Origin: an uncultured Methanomicrobiaceae archaeon
Lineage (GTDB): Archaea > Halobacteriota > Methanomicrobia > Methanomicrobiales > Methanoculleaceae
NCBI GenBank assembly: GCA_963826525.1
Contig: CAWGXH010000004.1
Coordinates: 1-64,000, forward strand
Reading direction: 5' to 3'
Length of the DNA: 64,000 nt
The notes under the pieces were generated by a model, which had not been told where the DNA came from, ran no database searches, and saw only the letters and a list, made by a program, of their open reading frames with translations. This document shows positions 1 through 12,165 of the stretch, piece by piece. Position numbers and translations under genes: made by a program. Each line of letters opens with the position of its first letter. Positions within the stretch are counted from its first letter, which is position 1.

Positions 1-37
1 GTCAGGGAGCCCTCATTCGAAAATCGGCGGCACCCCT

Positions 38-965
38 TCACCCCACCTCTCCCACAATCCGCAGGATCTCTTCCATCGACGCATGCGCCGCCGCGATCAG
101 CGTGCCGTCGAAAATGTGGGTCTCCAGGCCGAGCTTGCCCTTGTAGCCGTCGCGGCGAGCGCCGCCATGATGGCCTTCCAGTCTTCCTTTTCCGGGCTGG
201 CGGGCATCACGCCCTTGGCCTTCACCTGGATGTTCAGCAGGCGTTTGGGGCAGCAGCTTCGTAGCCGTCGGGATACGAGTTTCCTTCCCGTATGCGTTGT
301 GCGGGTCCCAATTCATGCCACCCACTTGGACCGGAATCAGCTTTCATGATGTCGGCCAGTTCCGCGGACGTGCCGACGTTCTGCGAGACATCTCGTTCTC
401 AATCAGCAGGTAGATCTTCTCTTTTCCGGCGGTCTCGCGCCATCTCGCCGAGAGTTCCGGCAACACGCGGAAACGCGCTCCGCGGGTCCCGAGCCGGGTG
501 CCGTAAACACGCGGACCTTGTCGCAGCCCATGCTGTGCGCGCAGCGGATGGCCTTCTGAAGTCGTCCATGCGCCGGTCGAAGCGCCTTCTCGCCGCCACG
601 CTGCTCCGCGCGCCCCGGAGCCTCCGGCCGCCTGCGCGCGGGCTCCATGCCCGGCCAGGTGAACTTCATCAGGCTGGTATTGACGAACGAAACCTCGAGG
701 CCTTCGCGCTTGAACCTCAGCGCGTCCGCCTTGATATCGGCCTCGTTGCAGGGTGAAGTATTCCTTGCGGGTCTCCGCCCGGTGCCGGTCGCGGATTTCC
801 ACGCTGCGTCAAGCCATACTGGTGCGCGAAGGCGATAGAGTCGTCGGTGGTGTCCCCGATCTCGTCCGTGATGGCGCTGATGCGCGACTTATCCCAGGGG
901 GTTCGCGCGCGCAAGGGCAGGGCGCAAGCGGCGCCGGCGGCCGCCAGAAGTTCTCGCCTGGTCAT
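38..965 (-). CDS. Sugar phosphate isomerase/epimerase (xylose isomerase-like TIM barrel) with twin-arginine signal peptide; broken by several frameshifts; bacterial
   Basis: N-terminus MTRRELLAAAG (Tat), ISAITDEI, IENE, NWDPHNA and LGLETH motifs are spread over ORFs 717-965, 344-802, 403-669 and 38-325. Confidence 0.7.
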
Positions 966-1004
966 AGTGGGATTGTACTGCGTGCGGAGCCTCCGTGGTG
1001 GGCG

Positions 1005-1081
1005 TGGTAGGCACGGGCGGATTCGAACCGCCGACCTGTCGCTTAGGAGGCGACCGCTCTATCCAACTGAGCTACGTCCCC
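1005..1081 (-). tRNA. tRNA-Arg (anticodon CCT) with encoded CCA
   Basis: Reverse complement reads GGGGACGTAGCTCAGTTGGATAGAGCGGTCGCCTCCTAAGCGACAGGTCGGCGGTTCGAATCCGCCCGTGCCTACCA, with D arm, GTCGC/GCGAC anticodon stem and GTTCGAATC T loop; one G-G mismatch in the acceptor stem. Confidence 0.95.
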
Positions 1082-2328
1082 ACGCTCTTTTCTATCGTAG
1101 CGTTCGAGGCCCTTGCGGCCAATGTCCGTGCGGTAGTGCATGCCTTCGAAGCGGATCTTCCGCACGCCCGCGTAGGCGCCGTCGATCGCGTCCGCAGGTC
1201 CACCCCGCCGGCGGTGACCCCTAGCACGCGCCCGCCGGCGGTTTCGAGCCCGTCGCGCCCATGCCGCGTTCCCGCGTGGAACACCGTGGCTCCCGCGGCT
1301 TCGGCCGCTTCGATGCCCGCGATGGGTTTTCCCGCCTGGTATCGCCCGGGATATCCGCCCGAAGCCATCACCACGCACACGCTCGGGCCCGCGCGCCACT
1401 CGATCTTCGCCGAGGCCAGGTTCCCCTCCGCCGCCGCCATCAGCCCGGCAGCGAAATCGCGACCCATGCGGTGCATCAGCGGCTGGGTTTCCGGATCGCC
1501 CATCCGGACGTTAAACTCCAGCACCTTGGGCCCGCTGCCGTCATCATCAGGCCGGCGTAGAGAAAACCCGTGAACCCGGTGGCCTCGACCGTCGGGCGGA
1601 TAATGCGGTCCATGAAAATCGCGCTCTCGCGCGGCGGTGAGAATGCGCGGCGTCGCAATAGGCGCCCATGCCGCCGGTGTTCGGGCCGGTGTCGCCGTCG
1701 AAGACGGCCTTGTGGTCCTGCGTGGCGCGAGCGGCAGCACGTCGCGGCCGTCGCACAGCGCGATGAAGCTGACTTCTTCGCCGCGCAGGAACTCTTCGAT
1801 CACTAGCGGCCCTTTGAGCGTGGCCAGCGCCTGCTCCGCTTCGGCGCGGTCGTGGGCCACCACCACGCCCTTCCCCGCGGCCAGCCCATCCACTTTCAGC
1901 ACTACCGGGAACCCGAAGCGGTCCAGCGCTTGCCGGGCGTCTGTTTGCGTTGTCGGCGGTGACGAACTCGGCCGTGGGGATTCCACTTTGCACAAAAAAG
2001 TACTTTGCAAAACTCTTACTGCCTTCGAGTTGCGCGGCCGCCGCGGTCGGCCCGACGAACCTGCCGTCCACTTGCGCGAAACACATCCACAACTCCCTCA
2101 ACCAGCGGGACCTCCGGCCCCACCACCGTCAGGTCCGCGCCGAGCGCTGCGGCCATCGCCAGATAGCCTTCGGGCGTGGCGCGATCCGCGACCGGGATGC
2201 AAGCTGCCGAACCTCGCTATGCCCGGATTGCCCGGCGTGGCAAATACCTGTTGACGACCGGCGACTGTGCTCAGCCTCCATGCCAGCGCGTGCTCGCGTC
2301 CTCCGCCGCCAATCACCAGTATTTTCAT
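1043..2328 (-). CDS. purD: Phosphoribosylamine--glycine ligase (bacterial); several frameshifts; 3' end uncertain because the last frame runs into the tRNA
   Basis: [61 protein letters not shown] and GGRVLGVT motifs across ORFs 2098-2703, 1547-2101, 1072-2010 and 1043-1399. Confidence 0.93.
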
Positions 2329-2346
2329 TTCGATACAATGATAGCA

Positions 2347-3878
<1,532 letters not shown>

Positions 3879-3886
<8 letters not shown>

Positions 3887-4098
3887 ACGCCGAGCTTAAG
3901 ATCCGTATTCAGAATAGCGCAGATATCGAAGACGTTCTCGATAGCGTACTCGATGCGCTTGTAGATGCCGTCTCTGACAATGCCGAGATCCAGGAATGCA
4001 TTGACAGTATCGGGAAGATGCTCCCTGACCAGATCGACGCTCTCTTCCATCTCCTGCAGTTTGATACGGATCACCGTATCCCGGAGGGCTCCCGTCAC
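3879..4098 (-). pseudogene. HepT-like (DUF86/HEPN) RNase toxin, 3' part cut off at the junction
   Basis: IYKRIEYAIENVFDICAILNTDLKLGVP matches the DUF86 N-terminal half; overlaps the upstream MNT gene by 4 nt; the RX4H motif region is absent. Confidence 0.8.
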
Positions 4099-4490
4099 AC
4101 GATCGCCTCTTTGCCGATATAGTCATACAGCCGGTGTTTGAACGCGTCGAACTCCCGGATCGTCTCGAGAGCGACGTCGTAGAGGAACCGCTCGTCGGGA
4201 CAGTAGACGATGCGTCCCCGCAGAACCTCCACCCGGACGTAGAGCGGCAGGTTCCCGAAGATCTGGATATCGTACCGGTCGTCGAAGAGTTCGGAGAGCG
4301 CGAAAAACCGGAACCGTTCTCCCTCCTCTCGGTCTCCGTCGTAGTATATGCAGAGATCGACGTCGGAGGAATCCCTCGCCCGTCCTTCGGCAACGGAGCC
4401 GTAGAGGATGATAAAGCGGACCCTGTCGAAACCCTCGAGGGGCCTGAGCCGCTCGAGTGCATGCCGGACGAGTTCTTCCGCCGTTCTCAT
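4095..4490 (-). CDS. Minimal nucleotidyltransferase (MntA-like antitoxin)
   Basis: IILYGSVAEGRARDSSDVDLCI (GS-x10-DxD) and LPLYVRVEVL; ~131 aa starting MRTAEEL. Confidence 0.9.
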   Translation of the reverse strand: MRTAEELVRHALERLRPLEGFDRVRFIILYGSVAEGRARDSSDVDLCIYYDGDREEGERFRFFALSELFDDRYDIQIFGNLPLYVRVEVLRGRIVYCPDERFLYDVALETIREFDAFKHRLYDYIGKEAIV

Positions 4491-5004
4491 TCCACAGTCC
4501 CTCGTCCATAGGTGGCATCTCTCTCCCATTAACGTTTCCGCCGGAGCGCTTCCGGCATCGCGAGCGGGGTGTGCCTGATGCCCCCCGGAGTCCGGTATCC
4601 CGCTCTTCCACATATATCGACCCGGATGAGCAGGTCTGCCGGCCGTTTCGTCATGCCCTGATATGTGGTTGTAACGCTTTTTAGAACCGAATTCCGGAGC
4701 GTCCGCATGCTCCTTTCGGCATGCCATATCTATATACCGGCACGCATGCGGTTGCCGATGTTTGCAGAAGATGAACATTCGATTTTTCGTCAATGGAGAA
4801 TTCCTGGGCACGGAATCACGCCGTGGAATGGTGACGAGCAGTTTATCTCCATCGGCATCACGCAGAGCACGGAGGCTCCTGCCGGGGAGGCGCCTTCCAC
4901 CAGCCAGAACCCCCGCCCTTCCGCAGAACACCTCCGGGCCGCATGCACAATAGGTATCTAGCATAAGAGACGGAATGATCATGCACAGAGGCAGAGAAGA
5001 AGGC

Positions 5005-5475
5005 ATGATCGTTGTCGGGATTGATCCGGGGCTGGCGAGGGTCGGGTACGGCGTTCTCAGCAGAGGCGACCGGCACCCGACACCGCTCGCGTTCGGCTGC
5101 ATCGAGACCGACAGCGACCGGAGCACGCCCCAGCGCCTCCGGGAGATCTACGACCGGATCTCGGCAGTCCTCGACGAGTACGAACCCGCGTGGGTCGCCG
5201 TCGAGCAGCTCTTCTTCACCCGGAACGTCACCTCCGCGATGCACGTCAGCGAGGCGCGGGGCGTCCTCCTCCTCGCCGCGGAGCAGCGGGAGATCCCGAT
5301 CGCGGAGTACACCCCGAACCAGATCAAGCAGGCGGTCACGGGATCGGGGCGTGCCGACAAACAGCAGGTGCAGGAGATGATGCGGCGGCTTCTCCGGCTG
5401 CAGGAGATCCCGAAACCCGACGACGCCGCGGACGGCCTTGCCATCGCCCTCTGCCACATGAATATGCTGCGATAA
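5005..5475 (+). CDS. ruvC: Holliday junction resolvase RuvC (bacterial type)
   Basis: VGIDPG, VAVEQLFF, EYTPNQIKQAVTGSGRADK and DDAADGLAIALCH. Confidence 0.97.
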   Translation: MIVVGIDPGLARVGYGVLSRGDRHPTPLAFGCIETDSDRSTPQRLREIYDRISAVLDEYEPAWVAVEQLFFTRNVTSAMHVSEARGVLLLAAEQREIPIAEYTPNQIKQAVTGSGRADKQQVQEMMRRLLRLQEIPKPDDAADGLAIALCHMNMLR

Positions 5476-5477
5476 CT

Positions 5478-6066
5478 ATGATAGCCCATCTCTCTGGAGA
5501 ACTGGCATCCACCGGCGATAAGTGGGTGGTGATCGATATCGGCGGCGTCGGCTACCGGGTCTCCGTCACCCAGCCGACGCTGCAGGCGCTCCGGCGAGAC
5601 CGACGGCCGCGTCCGGGTGCACACCCACATGGTCGTCCGCGACGACGACATCCAGCTCTACGGGTTCCTCCACCAGAGCGAACTCGAACTCTTCCGGATC
5701 CTGATCGCCGTCTCCGGGATCGGCCCCCAGATCGCGATGAACATCCTCTCCCAGATCTCCTTTGAGGAGTTCGCGATGGCGATCGTCGGCGAGGACGAAA
5801 AGGCGCTCACCCGGATCCCCGGGATCGGGCAGAAGAGCGCGAAGCGCCTGATCCTCGAACTCAAAGAGAAGATGAAGAAGCACCCCCGGGCAACCGCCGG
5901 CGGCAGGCGGGCGGCGGAGGCCGACGATGCGGTGAGCGCCCTGATATCGCTCGGGTTCTCGCCGCGGGAGGCGCAGGAGACGGTCGACGCGGTCCTGCCG
6001 GGCCTCAACAGCCCGAGCGTGCAGACCCTGATCCGCGCGTCGCTCGCCCGCCTGCGGGAGCGCTGA
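5478..6066 (+). CDS. ruvA: Holliday junction branch migration protein RuvA; one frameshift near 5590
   Basis: [21 protein letters not shown], then [27 protein letters not shown] and ALISLGF. Confidence 0.95.
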
Positions 6067-6070
6067 TACC

Positions 6071-7063
6071 ATGCAGAGACTCCCTTCACCGAAAGTCCTT
6101 GCCGAAGAGCAGGACGACGCCACGATCCGGCCGGGGCGCTTCGACGAGTTCGTGGGCCAGGCGCAGATCAAGGAGACCCTCGCCATCGCCATCGACGCGG
6201 CAAAGCGGCGCGGCGAGACCCTCGACCACATCCTCTTCTCAGGGCCGCCGGGGCTCGGCAAGACGACGCTCGCCCAGATCATCGCCCGGGAGATGGGCGT
6301 CGCCATCCGGAGCACGACGGGGCCGGTGCTCGACAAGCCCGGCGACCTTGCCGCCCAGCTGACCGCGCTCTCCGAGGGCGACATCCTCTTCATCGACGAG
6401 ATCCACCGCTTGAATCCGGTGGTCGAGGAGATCCTCTACCCGGCGATGGAGGACTCCTGCATCGACGTCATGATCGGCGAGGGGCCGGGAGCCCGGGCGG
6501 TGCAGCTCCCGCTCGAGGAGTTCACCCTCATCGGGGCGACGACGAAGGTCGGGCTGCTCGGCTCGCCGCTCCGGGACCGGTTCGGGTTCATCTTCCGGCT
6601 CAATCTCTACGAGGTAGCCGACCTCGTCAAGATCGTGCTCCGGAGCGCCGGGATCATGCAGACGCCGATCACCCCGGAAGGCGCGCTCGAGATCGCGAAA
6701 CGGAGCCGCGGGACACCGAGGATCGCAAACCGCCTGCTCCGGCGGGTGCGGGACTTCGCGCTGGTCCGCGGCGACGGCAGCATCGACGCTCCGACGGCCG
6801 ATCTCGCGCTGACCATGCTCGGGATCGACGGCCTCGGCCTCGACGACCTCGACCGGCGGATCCTCTCGGTGATCGCGGACGACTTCGGCGGCGGGCCGGT
6901 GGGCGTCAAGACGATCGCGATCTCGATCGGCGAGGAGGTGCGGACGGTCGAAGAGGTCTACGAGCCGTACCTCATCCAGATAGGGTTCATCAAACGGACG
7001 CCCCAGGGCAGGGAGACGACGGAGGCCGCACGGCGGCATCTCAAGGCGCCGGTCCGCGGCTGA
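6071..7063 (+). CDS. ruvB: Holliday junction branch migration helicase RuvB
   Basis: [48 protein letters not shown] and EPYLIQ..RTPQGR. Confidence 0.98.
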   Translation: MQRLPSPKVLAEEQDDATIRPGRFDEFVGQAQIKETLAIAIDAAKRRGETLDHILFSGPPGLGKTTLAQIIAREMGVAIRSTTGPVLDKPGDLAAQLTALSEGDILFIDEIHRLNPVVEEILYPAMEDSCIDVMIGEGPGARAVQLPLEEFTLIGATTKVGLLGSPLRDRFGFIFRLNLYEVADLVKIVLRSAGIMQTPITPEGALEIAKRSRGTPRIANRLLRRVRDFALVRGDGSIDAPTADLALTMLGIDGLGLDDLDRRILSVIADDFGGGPVGVKTIAISIGEEVRTVEEVYEPYLIQIGFIKRTPQGRETTEAARRHLKAPVRG

Positions 7064-7157
7064 CGATACGGAACGGCTGGTCGAAGATCCATACAGGAGC
7101 AGCCCGATACACACACTTCGTAGAACTGGAAATTCTGCCAGGAATCCGGCCTATCGC

Positions 7158-7398
7158 ATCGCGGGGGAGGGATCGGGAGGGGGCAGCCCCCCTCCCGGCA
7201 GATAATAGCGGAGTGATCTCGAGCACATCCCAAAAATATTCGAGGATGGAACGATCGATCTGGATCGACGCACTCCTCTCGGGTATATCAGCAAAAAAGT
7301 GCATCAGAGGCAGAACCTGCAAGGTCCCGGATATGCCTTGGGTATCGCGTGGGAGGAAGGTGCGGGAGGGGGTCTCCCCTCCTGCCAGAGAGTATTGG
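7158..7398. repeat. Two degenerate copies (7158-7211, 7344-7398) of a ~55-bp GC hairpin repeat
   Basis: Shared pattern ATCGCG.GGGAGG.A...CGGGAGGGGG-loop-CCCCTCC.G.CAGA.A.TA..GG; 24 bp of copy 2 recur exactly at 33482-33505. Confidence 0.7.
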
Positions 7399-7410
7399 GC
7401 CCGAGTTCCA

Positions 7411-7753
7411 TCAGGTGGTGGAGGGAGAGGAAGCCTTCACGTCCGAGCCCCCGTCATCCGCAAGGGTCCTGACACCGTAGTAGATCGCCGGCAGGGTGTT
7501 CTTTCCCCGCGGGCTCGGCGAGGACGGTGCAGTCGCACCCGATCTCCTCGAGCTGATCCCGGATCAGGAACCGGTGATCGGCGTTGGTGACGATGCAGAT
7601 CTCTCCCGGCGAGGAGAAGAGGAGCGACCGCTTCACCGTCTTCTGAAAGAGCGATTCGTCATCGAAGAGTTTGATGAACTGCTTCGGGTACTGCTCCCGG
7701 CTGAGCGGAAAGAGCCGGGTGCCGCTGCCCCCTGCGAGAATAAGGGTCTTCAT
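7411..7753 (-). pseudogene. N-terminal fragment of mannose-1-phosphate guanylyltransferase
   Basis: MKTLILAGGSGTRLFPLSREQYPKQF...EPAGK/NTLPAIYYG, then loss of similarity and a stop after ~110 codons, next to the hairpin repeat. Confidence 0.8.
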
Positions 7754-7839
7754 GAGTGCACTCCCTGCCTGCGGTACCGCATGGGACTGCGAGTATTTCA
7801 CGGGATCAAATAAAGGCAGGTGGTCGGTGGAGACCGGGA

Positions 7840-8307
7840 TCACTCCCGCAGGATCTCGACCCAGCCCGGCATCCGCGCCCGGGCGCCCGGATCGAGCGTA
7901 TCGACCTTCTCAAACGCCTTCGCCGCGTCGCGGAAATTCCCGATCTTGCCGAGGCACTTGCCCGCATTGAGCCAGGCCTCGACGGCGGCCGGGGCAGCAT
8001 CGGTCGCCTTCGCGAAGGCTGCCGCCGCATCGGGGAAGTTCCCCTCCCGGACGAGGACGACGCCCAGGTTGTTCCAGGCGGCAGCGTTGCCGGGATCGAC
8101 GGCCAGAGCCCGTTCGAAGGCCGCCCGTGCCTCGGCAGCCCGGTCGAGCCTTCCAAGGATAACACCCAGACTGTTCAGTGCCGCTGCATCGCGGGGGTTC
8201 TCCCTGACCCTGGCCTGAAGCCTGGCGAGGGCATCGGCATCGTTCTCCACGGGACGGCGCGGCGTTCTCCGGGGGGGCTGTGCATTCGTGGCGGGGGACA
8301 TGGTCAT
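7840..8307 (-). CDS. Tetratricopeptide repeat protein
   Basis: Repeated units ALNSLGVIL..A...F.RAL..DP, AWNNLG and AWLNAG. Confidence 0.85.
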   Translation of the reverse strand: MTMSPATNAQPPRRTPRRPVENDADALARLQARVRENPRDAAALNSLGVILGRLDRAAEARAAFERALAVDPGNAAAWNNLGVVLVREGNFPDAAAAFAKATDAAPAAVEAWLNAGKCLGKIGNFRDAAKAFEKVDTLDPGARARMPGWVEILRE

Positions 8308-8753
8308 ACCTCGTTATACGAGCGTATCGGCAGAGGACACTTAAATGTGTATCGATAGTGAATTCACCGGGTTTCACGGCAAAGGGAGCATCGGAGCGAG
8401 CTGAACGGACCTTTACATCCCGGAGCAATGCGAGAGGCATCAGGATATCCGCACAATCTGGTATTTAACCGTAACGAATAAAGAATCCTGCGATCCAAGG
8501 GTACTGGAGGAATCCAACGCATCTGAAATGGCATAATACCCCGGGGGGAATGCAGAGCAGGACAGGAGAACATACGGGAGCCTTCGGCGTCACGGGAGGG
8601 AAAATCGCATAGGAGACTTTTCCCGGAAAAATCGGTATCTGAGCAGCATTCCGCGATACCGCCACTCCATGCGGGCACCACCGCCGGCGTGTGCACCCTC
8701 CCCGTAAAAAGAGTGCCCGAACCCTTCAGGTGTCGCCGCACCGCAGGGCGCGG

Positions 8754-9818
8754 TCACCGTCCAAGGATTTCGGCAATCCGCCGGCTCGCATCCCCGTCTC
8801 CGAAGACGGCCCGCTGTTCTCCCGCAGGGGCGAAATCGCGGATAGCGTCGAGGATAGCCGCGGTATCGGTGCCGACGAGGACGTTCCAGCCGTCCTCGAC
8901 CGTCTCGACCCACTCGGTATTCTCGCGGAGGGTGACGCAGGGCACCTTCAGCAGGTAGGCCTCCTTCTGCACCCCGCCCGAGTCGGTGAGGACGAGCCGG
9001 GCGCCGGCGAGCAGCCGGAGCATATCGAGGTAGCCGAGCGGTTCGACGAGCCGGATGTGCGGGGCGGCGGCGAGCCGGTCGTAGAGGTTGTACTCTCGGA
9101 GGTACTTCGCGGTCCGGGGGTGCAGCGGGAGGACGAGCGGCTCGTCGAGCGCGGTGAAGGCATCCACGATCCGTTCCAGGTTCGCCGGATCGTCGGTGTT
9201 GCTCTGCCGGTGCACCGTCGCCACGAGGTAGCCCCTCTCGGTGAGATCGAGCGTGGCGAGAATCTGCGATCGCTCCTCCGCGATCGCCCGGTTGTACAGG
9301 AGCGCGTCCAGCATCACGTCCCCGACGAGGTGGACGCCGGCGGTCACGCCCTCGGCACGGAGGTTTGCCACGGCCGTCTCCGTCGGGCAGAAGAGCAGAT
9401 CCGCAACGTGGTCGCTCACCACCCGGTTGACCTCCTCGGGCATCTGCCGGTCGTAGCTCCGGAGACCTGCCTCGACGTGGGCGACCGGGATATGGAGCTT
9501 TGCCGCCGCGAGCGACCCCGCGAGCGTCGAGTTCGTATCGCCGTAGACGAGCACCAGATCCGGCCCCTCGGCGAGGAGCACATCCTCGATAGCGGCGAGC
9601 ATCGCCCCGGTCTGGCGGCCCTGCGAGGCGGAGCCTATCTGCAGGTTGTAGTCCGGCTTCGGGATGCCGAGCTCGTCAAAGAAGACATCCGACATCCCGT
9701 GGTCGTAGTGCTGGCCCGTGTGGACGAGGACTTCCTCGTGCCTACGCCGGAGCTCCCGGGAGACCGGGGCGCACTTGACGAACTGCGGACGGGCGCCGAC
9801 GACCGAGACGATCTTCAT
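8754..9818 (-). CDS. wecB: UDP-N-acetylglucosamine 2-epimerase (non-hydrolysing)
   Basis: VGARPQFVK, HTGQHYD, GDTNST, HVEAGLRS and TDSGGVQKEA. Confidence 0.95.
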   Translation of the reverse strand: MKIVSVVGARPQFVKCAPVSRELRRRHEEVLVHTGQHYDHGMSDVFFDELGIPKPDYNLQIGSASQGRQTGAMLAAIEDVLLAEGPDLVLVYGDTNSTLAGSLAAAKLHIPVAHVEAGLRSYDRQMPEEVNRVVSDHVADLLFCPTETAVANLRAEGVTAGVHLVGDVMLDALLYNRAIAEERSQILATLDLTERGYLVATVHRQSNTDDPANLERIVDAFTALDEPLVLPLHPRTAKYLREYNLYDRLAAAPHIRLVEPLGYLDMLRLLAGARLVLTDSGGVQKEAYLLKVPCVTLRENTEWVETVEDGWNVLVGTDTAAILDAIRDFAPAGEQRAVFGDGDASRRIAEILGR

Positions 9819-11247
9819 CCGTTCACCGGGTGATTGTTCTTATCGCCCCTGCCGATCCCCTTGTAGACGAAGCCTGCGGCGATGAAGGCATCGGGGTCGA
9901 GGACGTTCCTGCCGTCGACGATCACCGGGTGCTCCTGCCCGGTCAGCCTCCGCACGCGGGCAGGATCGAGCCGCCCGTAGAGATCGTGGCCGGCGAAGAT
10001 CGCGATCGCGTCGGCGCCGGCGAGCACCGCGTGAAGATCGGTCTCGATCGGGATGCCGACGTCCTCAAGGGCGTAGGGGTCGTGGACGGCGACCGTCGCT
10101 CCCGCCGCCGTCACGAGATCGTAGAACGGCTCGGCGGGGGTGTTCCGGGCATCCCCGGAGTTCTTGATGAACGCCCAGCCGAGGAGGGCGATCTTTGCGC
10201 CGGCGAGGGGCTTTTCCACCCGCTCGAGCCCCTGGCGGGTCAGCGTCGCCATGTGCCGGGGCATGAAGTCGTTGATCGCCCGGGCGACGCCGAAGATCGA
10301 CTCCTGCCCGTGGGGATAGTCGAGGTCGCCGCCGAGCATCTGCGCCCCGCGTTCGAGGTGCCAGGTATCCTTCGTCAGGCAGTGGCCGCCGACCCCGGCG
10401 CCCGGCCAGAGGATCGCCCGGGTGATCCCCTCGCCCTTCAGGGAGTCGACCCCGGCGCGGACGTCGTAGACGTTGACGCCCATCGCCTCGCAGTGCAGGG
10501 CGAGCTGGTTCGCAGCGGCGATCTGCAGGTCGCGGAACGCGTTCTCGGCGGTCTTCGTCACCTCGGCGGCGGTCGCGGTCATCGGGATGATTTTTCCAAC
10601 AGTCAGCACCGGTGCGTAGAGCTCGATCGCCCGTCTCGTCGAGACCTCGTCGATCCCGCCGACGATCCGGTCGTGCTCCCGGATGTTCCGGAGCAGCCGG
10701 CCGACCATCACCCGCTCGGGGGCGTGGGCGAGGGCGAAGTCGACGCCGGCGACGAGCCCGGACTCCTCCTCGAGGATCTCCTTCGCCATGCCGGTCGTCG
10801 TGCCGGGGGTGATCGTCGACTCGAGGACGACGAGCGTGCCCGGCGTCAGGTAGCGGCCCGTCTGGCGGAGCCCCTCGACGAGCGGCCGGAAGTCCGGGAT
10901 CAGGTCTTTCGGGTCGGCAAACGGCGTCTGGATCGCGAGGGTGACGGCGTCGCACTCGGCGATCTTCGCAAAGTCCGCGGTGCACCGAAATTTTCCGGCG
11001 CCCACGGTCTTCTTGATCAGGTCTTCGAGCCCCGGCTCCTCGCCCTTCAGGGGAGCTCGCCCCGGTTGAGCATGGCGATCTTATAGCCGGAGGAGGGGGA
11101 GTCGCGCTGGAAGCCGTAGACCTGTTCGATAGAGAGGACGTCGGCGAAGAGGGCCGCCGCCGGAATCCCGACGTAGCCCATGCCGATGACGCCGACCCGG
11201 CGGATCGGCCCTCGTGCGTCGATGTGTGACTGTAATGGAGATGTCAT
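9815..11247 (-). CDS. Nucleotide-sugar (UDP-GlcNAc/ManNAc) 6-dehydrogenase family; one frameshift near 11050
   Basis: GMGYVG Rossmann motif, LESTITPGTT, HAPER, KTAEN, GAGVGGHCLTKD and DGRN. Confidence 0.9.
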
Positions 11248-11259
11248 GGTGGTACCTGC

Positions 11260-12165
11260 TCACGATGCCCGGCCGATCTCCTCGCAGATCGCGAGGTTCG
11301 CCGCCGCCTGATCGGGGGTGATGGGGAATGATTTGCCCTGCTTCGCACAGTCGAGGAAGGTCGCCAGCTCGACCTTCAGCGGTTCGACCTTGTTGACGAG
11401 CACCTTCTCGATGATATTCTCCTGGACGTAACGCTCGTTCTCGGAGGAGTAGCGTTCGGGCTTCCGGTAGACGTAGACCTCCTGGGTCATGAAGTCGCCC
11501 TCGATCGTCATATCCTCCTGCTCGATGTAGACCGACCGGATCTTCTTCGACGACTTCCGGCTCGCCGAGAGGTAGACCGGCGTCGTCCCGAAGGTGAAGA
11601 GGGCGCTGCAGACGTCCGCGGTGCCGCCGGTGGTGAGGGAGTATGCCCCATCGAAGAGGACGTTCCGCATGATGTCGATGTCGTGGATCATCAAATCCTC
11701 GACGACCGAGGCGTCCGTGATCCGCCCGGAGGCAGGGTTGTGCCGCTTGAACTCGACGTAGAGGGGGGTATCCATGATCTTCCGGATCTCCTCGACGATC
11801 GGATTGAACCGCTCGATATGCCCGACCCCGACCGTGAGATCGTCCGGGATCTTCGCGAGCAGGCCCCGGCTCTGCTCCGCCGTCGAACAGATCGGCTTTT
11901 CAAGCAGCATCGCCACGCCACCGTCGAGCACCTCCGACGCGACCGGAAAGTGAAACCGTGTGGGGACACAGACGCTCACCGCATCCACCCGCTTCAGCAT
12001 CTCGGCGAGACTATGAGAGACCACGGCATCGTGTCTCCGTGCAAGGTCTTCCGCAGCCTTCTGGTTGAGGTCATACACATACAGTGAATCGACACGTTTT
12101 AACTCAGAATAGATGCGGACGTGGTTTCTTCCCATGACGCCGACACCAATAACACCTACATCCAA
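11260..12165 (-). CDS. Gfo/Idh/MocA oxidoreductase (WbpB/WlbA-like sugar 3-dehydrogenase)
   Basis: GVGVMGRNH, LEKPI, VGHIERFNP and DLMIHDID. Confidence 0.88.
   Translation of the reverse strand: MDVGVIGVGVMGRNHVRIYSELKRVDSLYVYDLNQKAAEDLARRHDAVVSHSLAEMLKRVDAVSVCVPTRFHFPVASEVLDGGVAMLLEKPICSTAEQSRGLLAKIPDDLTVGVGHIERFNPIVEEIRKIMDTPLYVEFKRHNPASGRITDASVVEDLMIHDIDIMRNVLFDGAYSLTTGGTADVCSALFTFGTTPVYLSASRKSSKKIRSVYIEQEDMTIEGDFMTQEVYVYRKPERYSSENERYVQENIIEKVLVNKVEPLKVELATFLDCAKQGKSFPITPDQAAANLAICEEIGRAS

Noticed and set aside
1043-1081. purD reading frame overlapping the tRNA, and a G-G mismatch in the acceptor stem, as tRNA editing or dual coding
   Set aside because: This segment has a very high error rate, so both are more likely sequencing artefacts.
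8691-11086. Long antisense ORFs opposite real genes (e.g. 8691-9833, 9830-11086; also 27573-29051, 54440-55810)
   Set aside because: Shadow frames produced by high third-position GC in the true genes.
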